A stretch of DNA of 64,000 bases from Planctomycetota bacterium (GTDB taxonomy: Bacteria > Planctomycetota > SZUA-567 > H5-PLA8): positions 95,675 through 159,674 of the forward strand of contig JBBRPR010000015.1 of assembly GCA_038227875.1 (NCBI GenBank), given 5' to 3'. Positions 1 through 8,218 of this stretch are shown in pieces. The position numbers and the translations under genes are program-made. Position 1 is the first letter of the stretch. Every line of letters starts with the position of its first letter. Under the pieces are notes generated by a model that worked only from the letters and a program-made list of their open reading frames with translations, did no database searches and was not told the DNA's origin.

Positions 1-18
1 GATTCTGGAGTTTTAAAC

Positions 19-675
19 ATGGCCGACCGCAGACCGCAAGACAAGAAGCCAAAGGGATCAGGCAATCCCAACCGCATCAACCGCCTGCTCGTGAAGAAGG
101 TGGAAGCGGATTACAGCAAGATGACCAACATGGTCCTCCTGGTGAACTTGAAGGTCACCAGCGAAGAGAACCAGGAAATCCGCAACACGCTGCGCGAGAG
201 CAAGATCAAGCTGCGCATGGTCCGCAACCGCCTCTCAATGAAGGCGTTTTCGGAACTGGGCCTGAAAGACGCGCAGAAGCTGTTCCTCGGACCGACCTGC
301 ATCGTCGATGCGGACGATCCGGTGACGGCCGCGAAGGTGGCCTGCGACCTGGTCGGCAAGTACAAGAACTCGCTCAAGCTGGCGGGCGGAATTCTCGAAG
401 GCAAGCTGCTGGACGCGAAGGAAGTCGAAGCGCTGGCGAAGTCGAAGACCAAGCCGCAACTGCTGGCCGATGTCGTCAGCATGACCAAGAGCCCCGGCGC
501 GCGCATCGCGGGAGCCCTCAAGGGACCCGGCGGACGCCTGGCCGGAGCGATCAAGGCGCTGGTCGAGAAGTTGGAGAAGGGCGAAGCGGCCGTGGCCGTA
601 GCGGCGGCTCCGGCCGAAGCTGCTCCGGCGGCAGCAGCACCGGCGGCGCCTGCGGGCGACGTTAAGCCGGCGTAA
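19..675 (+). CDS. rplJ: 50S ribosomal protein L10
   Basis: L10 motifs (LRMVRNRL..KAF, LFLGPT, GGILEGK, KTKPQLLADVV..KSPGARIAG), GGAG RBS, directly upstream of rplL; N-terminal extension and Ala/Pro tail. Confidence 0.95.
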   Translation: MADRRPQDKKPKGSGNPNRINRLLVKKVEADYSKMTNMVLLVNLKVTSEENQEIRNTLRESKIKLRMVRNRLSMKAFSELGLKDAQKLFLGPTCIVDADDPVTAAKVACDLVGKYKNSLKLAGGILEGKLLDAKEVEALAKSKTKPQLLADVVSMTKSPGARIAGALKGPGGRLAGAIKALVEKLEKGEAAVAVAAAPAEAAPAAAAPAAPAGDVKPA

Positions 676-862
676 GTGTTGGACACAATCTTCTGGTGAA
701 GGCTGCGTTGGCGTGGTGTCAACGTGGGAATGACGGGGATATTGACCGGGGGCAGGGCTTACGCCGACTGACCGGAACGACCCGAGGTAATGTACGCAAG
801 CTTTGCTTGCGAAGAGGCAACAAGCTAAAGCTTGTTCTACGTGGAAAAGGGAGGTTACAGTC

Positions 863-1264
863 ATGGCGGATTTCGCCCCCGAAATCAGTGAATTGGGTGA
901 CAAAATTGTCGGTCTGAGCTTGCTTCAGGCCAAGTCGCTGGCCGACTACCTGAAGGAAAAGCACGGCATTGAAGCCGCGGCGGGCGTTGCGGTTGCCGCT
1001 GCTGCACCGGCTGCTGCTGGTGGCAAGCCGGCCGAAGCCGAAGCCAAGGCCACGCTCGACGTGATCCTGACCAAGGTTGCCGATTCGACCAAGAAGATCT
1101 CGGTCATCAAGGTTGTCCGCGAGATCACCGGCCTGGGCTTGAAGGAAGCCAAGGACGTGGTCGACAAGGCACCGCAGGTCGTCAAGCCGGGCGTTCCTCG
1201 CGAAGAAGCAGAAGCGATGAAGGCCAAGCTCGAGAAGGAAGGCGCCACGATCGATCTGAAGTAA
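863..1264 (+). CDS. rplL: 50S ribosomal protein L7/L12
   Basis: KISVIKVVREITGLGLKEAKDVVD motif and Ala-rich hinge; GGAGG RBS before ATG 863 (the ORF-track start at 803 is too long). Confidence 0.97.
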   Translation: MADFAPEISELGDKIVGLSLLQAKSLADYLKEKHGIEAAAGVAVAAAAPAAAGGKPAEAEAKATLDVILTKVADSTKKISVIKVVREITGLGLKEAKDVVDKAPQVVKPGVPREEAEAMKAKLEKEGATIDLK

Positions 1265-1299
1265 GATCGTTCGCCGCACTCCTGCTCGTACCACAAAAC

Positions 1300-1350
1300 A
1301 AAGACTGGAGACGCATCGGCATCCTGCCGTGTGCGTCTCCGTCTTTTTGT
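1300..1350 (+). terminator. Intrinsic terminator after rplL
   Basis: GGAGACGCATCGGCA-TCC-TGCCGTGTGCGTCTCC stem followed by GTCTTTTT. Confidence 0.75.
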
Positions 1351-1413
1351 TCACCGTTTCAGCGCAACTTTACGCCTTCCCGCGTCGAATCCCGGCGTTA
1401 AGATGGCCATTGC

Positions 1414-2361
1414 ATGCGCGCCTTTATCCTTCTCCTATTTTTGACGCTGCTCTCCACCATGGCGCTCCACGCCGCCGACGACCTCGCGCCGGGAGCCGTT
1501 GCCGCGCCGTTTGAAATCATCGGCGATCGCCTCTTCATTCCCGCGACGCTCAACGACGACGCCAGCTGCTCCTGCCTGCTCGATACAGGGTCTGAAGTCA
1601 CGCTGCTCAACCGGGCGCGCGTCACCGTCAAGAATCTGCGCTACGGCGCGTTTGATCAGCTGCAAGGCGCGTTCGTGGGGAATTTCCGTTCGCAGCCCGC
1701 TACGCTTAAAAAATTCGCGCTGGGCAAGGACGGCAAGCAGCAGTTCGAAAGCTGCGCCATTGGCGTGATCAACCAGGGCAAAGGCACGCAGCTCGAACAG
1801 ATCGACATGATTCTCGGCATGGACCTGTTGAGCCACGCGCGCTTTACCATCGACTTCAAACACAGCCGCGTGATTTTCTGGCCGCCGAACTCGGTCCTGA
1901 CGAAACCCGCCGACGGCATCGAGCGCATCCAACTCGCCACGCATCGCGGCCTGAAAGAGGAAGGCACACGTCCGCGCATCCTGGCGCGCCTCAACGGCAA
2001 AACCGCCGCGGAGTTTTTGGTCGACTTCGGCGCTGACACCCCGCTGTATGTGGCGACGCATGATTTCAAGGAGCTCGGTTTCGATCCCGCCGGCGAAGCC
2101 AGCGGCTCGATGGAACTCGCCACGCCCGCGCCGATGACGCTATTTTTTTACCGCCAGTTCTGGCCGAAACTCGAATTCAGCACGATGGCCTTCGAACGCG
2201 TCGAGGGCCGCATCATCGCCGCCGCTCAGGCGCCCGCGAGCGTCCGCAACGACCTGCAGACGATGTACAACATCCTCGGCACGCCGTTCCTGAAAACGCT
2301 CGATGCGGTCCACATCGATATGCCGGGAAAGCTGGTCTCGTTCGATCGGGCGAAGAAGTAA
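1414..2361 (+). CDS. Secreted retropepsin-like aspartyl protease, two domains
   Basis: Signal peptide; LLDTGS...ILGMD first domain and FLVDFGA...ILGTPFL second domain. Confidence 0.8.
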   Translation: MRAFILLLFLTLLSTMALHAADDLAPGAVAAPFEIIGDRLFIPATLNDDASCSCLLDTGSEVTLLNRARVTVKNLRYGAFDQLQGAFVGNFRSQPATLKKFALGKDGKQQFESCAIGVINQGKGTQLEQIDMILGMDLLSHARFTIDFKHSRVIFWPPNSVLTKPADGIERIQLATHRGLKEEGTRPRILARLNGKTAAEFLVDFGADTPLYVATHDFKELGFDPAGEASGSMELATPAPMTLFFYRQFWPKLEFSTMAFERVEGRIIAAAQAPASVRNDLQTMYNILGTPFLKTLDAVHIDMPGKLVSFDRAKK

Positions 2362-2362
2362 A

Positions 2363-2496
2363 AGATGGGATCGGGGATCGGGCATCAGGCATCGGTCGTT
2401 AGGAAGTCGCTGTTTTCAAACTTGGCGCAGTGCCGATGAGAACAGTTTCAATTCTCACGAATGAATTCACCCGCTGACCGATGCCCGATCCCATCT
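2363..2496. repeat. Inverted heptamer array (GGGATCG/GGCATCR)
   Basis: agatgggatcggggatcgggcatcaggcatcggtc at 2363-2397 and the reverse-complement copy gaccgatgcccgatcccatct at 2476-2496, between convergent genes. Confidence 0.8.
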
Positions 2497-2498
2497 GT

Positions 2499-3683
2499 TC
2501 AGAACTTCCCGACCACCGCGCCGCCGCTGGAGTTCAACAGACGTGATCCGCCCTTCGCCAGCGACTTCAATGCTTTGGCGTAACGGGGGAAGGCGGAGGT
2601 TTTCATCAGAGCGACCACCGCGCCGCCGAAGCCGCCGCCGGTCATGCGCGCGCCGGGGCAGGCGCCATTTTTCTTGTTGAGCTCCGTGCAGCGCTCGACG
2701 ATGGCATCGAGTTCCGGGCAGCTCACTTCGTAGTCGAGCTGCAGGCTGGCGTGGCTGAGTGAGAGGAGGCGGCCGAGTTCCGGGATGTCGCCGCGCGTCA
2801 GGGCTGCGGCGAACTGCGCGACGCGCTGGCTTTCAGTAACGATGTGGCGCACGCGCTTGCTCTCGTTGGCGGTGAGTTTGCCCGAGAATTTGAGCAGGTG
2901 ATCGACGGTCACGGTGCGCAGCGATTTCTGGCCCATCAACTTCGCCGCGTGTTCGCATTCCGCGCGGCGCTTGTTGTATTCGCTCGAAGCGAGCTTGTGG
3001 CGCACGCCGGTATCAAAAAGTGCGAAGCTGTAACCGGTCAGCGAAATCGGAATGTTGATCACGTCCAGCGAGCGGCAGTCGAGCAGCAGCGCGTTGCCGG
3101 GTTTGGCGCGGGCGACGACGGTCTGATCCATGATCCCGCAGCGCACGCCGGCGAATTTGTGTTCGGCTTCCTGGCCGACGAAGGCGAGCTTCTGACGGTC
3201 CATGGTTTTTCCAGCCAGGGTCAGCAGCGCTAGACCGGTGGAAATCTCCAGCGCCGCGCTGCTCGAAAGGCCTGCGCCCTGCGGCAGATTGCCGGTGACA
3301 AACAAATCGCCGCCGGCGAGCTTGATGCCGCGCCGTGTCAGCGCCGCCGCGACGCCGCGCACGTAATTGCTCCAATGGAGCGCCGCGTTTTTTACCGGTG
3401 TAATATTTTTGAGCGGAAATTCATCGCGGGGCGTGCCGTGTCCGCTGGCGGCGATGACATCGGAGTAGACCGCGATTCGCGGCGCAGCATTGGCGCGGAA
3501 GAGGACCGTGGTGTGTTCGGAGACCGCGATCGGCAGCACGAGCCCGTCGTTGTAGTCGGTGTGCTCGCCGATCAGGTTGCTGCGTCCAGGCGCGCGTGCG
3601 GCGCGGATGGCGGAACCTTTGCCAAATTGCTTTTCAAACGCCGCAATGAGCGCTGCACGGTTGGAGCTCGAATTTTTTGTCAT
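2499..3683 (-). CDS. galK: Galactokinase
   Basis: APGRSNLIGEHTDYN signature, GAGLSSSAA GHMP motif, GARMTGGGFGG. Confidence 0.95.
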   Translation of the reverse strand: MTKNSSSNRAALIAAFEKQFGKGSAIRAARAPGRSNLIGEHTDYNDGLVLPIAVSEHTTVLFRANAAPRIAVYSDVIAASGHGTPRDEFPLKNITPVKNAALHWSNYVRGVAAALTRRGIKLAGGDLFVTGNLPQGAGLSSSAALEISTGLALLTLAGKTMDRQKLAFVGQEAEHKFAGVRCGIMDQTVVARAKPGNALLLDCRSLDVINIPISLTGYSFALFDTGVRHKLASSEYNKRRAECEHAAKLMGQKSLRTVTVDHLLKFSGKLTANESKRVRHIVTESQRVAQFAAALTRGDIPELGRLLSLSHASLQLDYEVSCPELDAIVERCTELNKKNGACPGARMTGGGFGGAVVALMKTSAFPRYAKALKSLAKGGSRLLNSSGGAVVGKF

Positions 3684-3727
3684 GCGCTATCCATTAACAT
3701 GGAGCGCGCGGAAAGGAAAGAGTGCTT

Positions 3728-3774
3728 TTGCAGGCGGGACGCCTGCCCCACAATTGCAGGCGTCCCGCCTGCAA
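3728..3774. repeat. REP-like inverted doublet
   Basis: Perfect 19-bp inverted repeat TTGCAGGCGGGACGCCTGC-(9 nt)-GCAGGCGTCCCGCCTGCAA; each arm is itself a hairpin (GCAGGCG-GGA-CGCCTGC). Confidence 0.75.
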
Positions 3775-3779
3775 GTGCT

Positions 3780-3900
3780 GACCTCTGGGCCCCGGGGCCC
3801 AGAGGTCGTGCGAAAATTTTTGCACAGGTCAAAATGACCCTGGTGACCATTGTCACTAGGGTTGGGAACCTGGTATTAAATTTAATACCTGGTTAAAACC
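3780..3900. repeat. Array 1 of fixed-length (18-bp) variable palindromes with conserved 5-bp flanks
   Basis: Cores 3785-3802, 3808-3825, 3841-3858, 3872-3889; flanks GACCT/AGGTC, -/AGGTC, GACCC/GGGTT, AACCT/TGGTT. Confidence 0.85.
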
Positions 3901-3910
3901 AAGCACTCAC

Positions 3911-4834
3911 TCATTTCGCGTGCGTCGTTACAGCTGACTTCGCGTTTAAGAACGATTCGAGATCCGATTCGTTTACGGCTGGCTCGCCGGGGCTGACGTT
4001 GTTCAGCTTGCCGCTCTTCATCCACTCTTCCAGGCGGTCGATTTCGCGGAAGAGGTGATCGAAGCTGTCGGCGACGAAGAGCAGCGGCTGGAAATGATCG
4101 ATTTCGAAATACTGATTCACAACCCATTCGAGCTGAAACGGATAGCGCTGCACCAGCGGCGATTCGATCGCGTGCTCGATTTCCCCGAAGGAACTGAGCA
4201 GACCGCTGCCATACACTTTGAGGTCGCCGTTGTCCTTCATTAGCCCAAATTCAATCGTGAACCAGAAGAAACGCGCCATCGCCTTGATGATGCTTTCGAC
4301 GTGACGGACCTGATCGTGCTTGTCGTCTTTGCCGGCGACGATGTCGGCGGCCGTGTTCGCGACCTCGCCGAAGCGGACCAGCACGTCGGCGAAACGGCGG
4401 TGCGTATGCATCGGCACGTGGCCGGCGACGTCGTGGAAAATATCGGGTTCAGGGAGGTAGTCGAGCGTCTGGTTGTCACGGATGGTGATCGTGGTCGGGA
4501 ATTCGCGGTTGCGCAGGCAATCGAAAAATAAAAACGCCGGGACGTAGCCGCTCACGGCTTTGGCTTTAAATCCACTGAGCGGTTCGAGGAATTTGTTGAT
4601 CTCGTCGAGGTGCGGGATGTTGTTGGGATTGAGCGCGAGGTTGTTGACGCCTTCGAGAAACTGCGAGTGCGCGTACTTTCGCCACTTGGGCAGAATACGC
4701 GCGTAGAGTCCGCGCCACGCCTCCTGATTCGCTTCGCTGTAGAGTTCGTACGGCTGCCGGATGAACAGTGCGCCGTGTTTGCGCTCTTCTTCGATGAACG
4801 GCGCTTTGGTGGTCGTGAGGCCGGGGGCGGTCAT
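3911..4834 (-). CDS. phhA: Phenylalanine 4-monooxygenase (pterin-dependent aromatic amino acid hydroxylase)
   Basis: LDYLPEPDIFHDVAGHVP (Fe-binding His pair), WFTIEFGL, YGSGLLSSFGE. Confidence 0.9.
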   Translation of the reverse strand: MTAPGLTTTKAPFIEEERKHGALFIRQPYELYSEANQEAWRGLYARILPKWRKYAHSQFLEGVNNLALNPNNIPHLDEINKFLEPLSGFKAKAVSGYVPAFLFFDCLRNREFPTTITIRDNQTLDYLPEPDIFHDVAGHVPMHTHRRFADVLVRFGEVANTAADIVAGKDDKHDQVRHVESIIKAMARFFWFTIEFGLMKDNGDLKVYGSGLLSSFGEIEHAIESPLVQRYPFQLEWVVNQYFEIDHFQPLLFVADSFDHLFREIDRLEEWMKSGKLNNVSPGEPAVNESDLESFLNAKSAVTTHAK

Positions 4835-4954
4835 GAAGTTGGCTCCTGGCTTTTAGCTCTTGGCTCTTGGGCGCAAGCGGCGGGGCGAGCCTCGTCACTA
4901 GTACTCTACTACACGACTGGGGCTCGGGGCAACTTCGTACTTGGTGCGAGGACG

Positions 4955-5893
4955 TCAACGCCGTTTGGCTTTGCGTTCTTTGAGCTTTTCGAGCACGGAG
5001 TAGGGGATCTTGAGATTGTTGGCGACGCCGGAGGCCAGTTCCACGGCGGTGTTTCCGCGGCCGGGTTCGGCGTGGAAGTCACTGCCGCCGGAGATGGCCA
5101 GGTCGTACTTCGCCGCCAGGCGCGCGCACAGTTCCGTGTCCTGGGGCGTGTGTAAACTGTAATGGACTTCAATGCCATCCATGCCCTTTTTCTTCAGATC
5201 GGCGACGAGTTCATCGAGCTCCGCTTCGTCCTTCGCTTTCAGGTACGGTGGGTGTGCGAGAATCGCCAGGCCGTCGGCGCTGTGGATCTGCTGGATCGAT
5301 TCCTCTGGGCTGGCTGCGAAGCGCGTGAAGTACGCGGGGCGGCCCTTGGAGAGAAACTTGTCGAACGCTTCCTGCTTGTTCTTGACGTAACCCTTCCGGA
5401 TCATCACCGCGGCGATGTGGGGGCGGCCGACGCTCTTGGTATCCAGCGCACCGCCGCCGTCGCCGTTGTCGACGCAACCGGCTTCCTCTTCCACTTCCTG
5501 CATGGTGATGGGCATGCCCAGTTCGTTGAGACGCTGGACGATCTGCGGATTGCGGATCTTGCGGCCGTCGGAAAGTTTCTTCAAGAACGAACGAAACGCC
5601 TGGCTGGATGGATCGACGAACAGTCCAACGATATGCATCGTGCCGCGCGCGTACTCGGCCGAAATTTCCACGCCGGAGATTGTTTCCACACCGTGGAGCT
5701 TGCCCATGTCGTGAAACGTGCGTAAACCCGCAACTGTATCGTGATCGGTCAATGCGAGTGCACGGAGTTCGAGTTGCTTGGCGAGTTCGATGAGCTTAAC
5801 GGGGGTCATTCTGCCGTCGGAGGCAGTGGAGTGGCAATGGAGGTCGATCCAATCTTTCGGCAAAGATGTGACCCTCAGTGGATGCCACCTCAC
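4955..5893 (-). CDS. PHP-domain metal-dependent phosphoesterase (TrpH/YciV-like)
   Basis: IDLHCHSTASDG, ALTDHDT, GVEIS, GRPHIA, LAHP, GGSDFH motifs; start may instead be TTG 5863. Confidence 0.9.
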   Translation of the reverse strand: MRWHPLRVTSLPKDWIDLHCHSTASDGRMTPVKLIELAKQLELRALALTDHDTVAGLRTFHDMGKLHGVETISGVEISAEYARGTMHIVGLFVDPSSQAFRSFLKKLSDGRKIRNPQIVQRLNELGMPITMQEVEEEAGCVDNGDGGGALDTKSVGRPHIAAVMIRKGYVKNKQEAFDKFLSKGRPAYFTRFAASPEESIQQIHSADGLAILAHPPYLKAKDEAELDELVADLKKKGMDGIEVHYSLHTPQDTELCARLAAKYDLAISGGSDFHAEPGRGNTAVELASGVANNLKIPYSVLEKLKERKAKRR

Positions 5894-6004
5894 TAGATAA
5901 GTGATTACCCGAGAAACGCCAGCGAAAGCGAAGGGTTTCGAGAGTGTAAATTCGATCTTTTCGAGGAGAGCGGCTGAATTTGAGCGGAATGAAATATATA
6001 CAGC

Positions 6005-6403
6005 TTAAGACTCGGAATTTTCTTCCAATCTGTATGCATCGTGAAACAGTTCGCGGATACAAAATGAGCCGTTCAAGCGTTCTCCACTTAGCATGAATTT
6101 AAAGAGACGGTCGGTCGAGCGCAACCAATGCAGACTGCCCTGATCCACGCGCACGACTGAACCGCGATCGCCGGAGACTGCGCCTTCAACATTCAAATAC
6201 GTGCGGCGATGGTCCGCGTTCAGTTTCAGCGTCGATCCCGATGACGGAAAAACGTCTTCGCAGGTCGTGAACGCTTTGAGCACGCGGTCGTTCTCGTCGC
6301 GGCCGTCGTTGAGTTGCAGCAGCAGATCGTAGTGATCGGGATGGCCGGACCATCCCGTGTGGTGGAGAACAACGAAGCGCAATCCGGGCGGATTGGAACT
6401 CAC
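6005..6403 (-). CDS. Stand-alone LigD 3'-phosphoesterase (PE)-like protein
   Basis: FVVLHH..HYDLLL, DHRRTYL..EG.VSGDRG.V..VD.G pattern; GTG start overlaps the proA stop (GTGA). Confidence 0.7.
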   Translation of the reverse strand: MSSNPPGLRFVVLHHTGWSGHPDHYDLLLQLNDGRDENDRVLKAFTTCEDVFPSSGSTLKLNADHRRTYLNVEGAVSGDRGSVVRVDQGSLHWLRSTDRLFKFMLSGERLNGSFCIRELFHDAYRLEENSES

Positions 6404-7692
6404 GTGCGGAGCTGGCCCGAGCCGTCGCCGAGCCACTTGTACGTGGTGAGCTCTTCCAGGCCCATCGGTCCGCGTGCGTGGAGTTTGTCGGTGGAGATGC
6501 CGATTTCCGCGCCGAGCCCGAATTCGAAGCCGTCGTTGAGACGCGTCGACGCATTCACGAAAATGCAGGCGCTGTCGATCATGTTCTGGAAACGCCGGCC
6601 GTGTTCGGGATTGGTGGTGACGATCGTCTCGGTGTGGCGCGAGCCGTGCTTTTCGATGTGGTCGGCGGCATCTTCGAGCGAGTCGACGACTTTCACAGAG
6701 AGGATACGGTCGAGGTATTCTGTGTCGTAGGTGCTCTCGTCGGCATCCTTGATCGCCGCGCCGGCAAGTCCCGCGGCCGCGAGTATGCGGCGCGATTCCG
6801 GACAGACGCGGAGCTGGCAGCTTTTTTCGATCAGCAGGCGTCCGGCATCGGGGAGAAAACGTTCAGCGACGGCTTTGTGGACGAGCAACGTTTCCGCCGC
6901 GTTGCAGACGGAGACGCGTTGGAGCTTGGAATTGAGTGTGATCGTTCTGGCCAGATCGAGATCGGCTTCATTGTCGACGTAAACGTGGCAGACGCCCTTG
7001 TAGTGCTTGATCGTGGGAATCGTGGAGTTCTCGGCGACAGCGCGGATCAGGCTTTCGCCGCCGCGGGGAATCGCCAGATCGATCTGTGCGTTCATCTTCA
7101 GCAGCGCGTTGACCGCGGCGCGATCGGCGGTTTCGACGACATTCACCGCCGCTGCCGGGACGCCGGCCTTGGCGATACTGGCACGAAGCACTTTGGCCAG
7201 TGCGCGGTTGGTGGAGAGCGCTTCACTGCCGCCACGGAGGATGCTGGCGTTGCCGGCCTTCAGGCAGAGCGTGGCGGCTTCGACGGTGACATTGGGGCGC
7301 GATTCAAAAATGATCAAGATCACGCCGATCGGCACGCGCACGCGGCGGAGCACCAGGCCACTGGGGCGCGTCGAGCGCGAGAGCTCCTGGCCGACCGGAT
7401 CGGGGAGCGCGATTACCTGCTGGATACCTTCGGCGAGTTTCTCCAGGCCGCGCGAATCGAGCTTCAAGCGGTCGAGCATCGGACCGGCGAGCCCCTTTTC
7501 GCGGCCGCGGGCAAGGTCTTCGGCATTGGCCGTTTCGATCGCGGAGCGTTCCTTGATCAGCGCTTCGACACAATACTGCAGCGCGGCGTTTTTCTGTTCG
7601 GTCGACACCGTGGCAAGCGTCCGCGCGGCTGTGCGGGCTTCACGGGCGAGCTTCAGCATGTCGGCGGCGATATCGGTGACGGCTTCAGGCAT
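6400..7692 (-). CDS. proA: Gamma-glutamyl phosphate reductase
   Basis: RVPIGVILIIFESRPNVT, IPRGGESLI, VCNAAETLLVH, EIGISTDKLHARGPMGLEELT; start set at ATG 7692. Confidence 0.96.
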   Translation of the reverse strand: MPEAVTDIAADMLKLAREARTAARTLATVSTEQKNAALQYCVEALIKERSAIETANAEDLARGREKGLAGPMLDRLKLDSRGLEKLAEGIQQVIALPDPVGQELSRSTRPSGLVLRRVRVPIGVILIIFESRPNVTVEAATLCLKAGNASILRGGSEALSTNRALAKVLRASIAKAGVPAAAVNVVETADRAAVNALLKMNAQIDLAIPRGGESLIRAVAENSTIPTIKHYKGVCHVYVDNEADLDLARTITLNSKLQRVSVCNAAETLLVHKAVAERFLPDAGRLLIEKSCQLRVCPESRRILAAAGLAGAAIKDADESTYDTEYLDRILSVKVVDSLEDAADHIEKHGSRHTETIVTTNPEHGRRFQNMIDSACIFVNASTRLNDGFEFGLGAEIGISTDKLHARGPMGLEELTTYKWLGDGSGQLRT

Positions 7693-7727
7693 GGCGATCC
7701 GGTTCTTTCCTCTGACTCGATTGACGC

Positions 7728-8129
7728 TTACTCGTGGTAATGAAGTACGACCAGTAAACACGCGTTTCCGGGAATCACATTTAACCCGGCCTTGCGCGCC
7801 TTATCAACCGCAGCCTTGCTTTCCGCGCCGGGCTGCATCCAGACGTTCTTGACGCCCGCCGCGATCGCGTCGTCCATCACTTTTTCCGTGACGGTCGGCG
7901 GAGTGATCACGGAGATCGATTCGACTTTTTCCGGAAGCGATTTCAGGTCCGGAAACGCCGGGTGACCGAGAATCTCTGTCGCGCGCGGATTGACCGGATA
8001 CGCCGTGCGTCCGTCCTGGAGCAGGCAGCGGTAACATTTGTGCCCGTATTTTTCCGGATCGTTGCTGGCCCCGACGACGGCGAAGGACGGCGCGGCGAGG
8101 AACTGCTTGATTTGTTTGTCGATGGACAT
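7728..8129 (-). CDS. CoA-binding protein (YccU-like)
   Basis: AVVGASNDPEKYG, YPVNP, VWMQPGAES, NACL motifs. Confidence 0.9.
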   Translation of the reverse strand: MSIDKQIKQFLAAPSFAVVGASNDPEKYGHKCYRCLLQDGRTAYPVNPRATEILGHPAFPDLKSLPEKVESISVITPPTVTEKVMDDAIAAGVKNVWMQPGAESKAAVDKARKAGLNVIPGNACLLVVLHYHE

Positions 8130-8218
8130 GGTCGTGGCTCTTAGCTCTTAGCTCTTGGCTGTTGGCTCTTGGGCGCAAGCGTTAGTCGCTTCGCCTGGAG
8201 TGGAGGGTTGACGGTTGG

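Noticed and set aside
3780..3900. Canonical CRISPR array
   Set aside because: No identical 23-47-bp repeats, the units are self-complementary 18-mers, and there are no cas genes; reported instead as a novel palindrome array.
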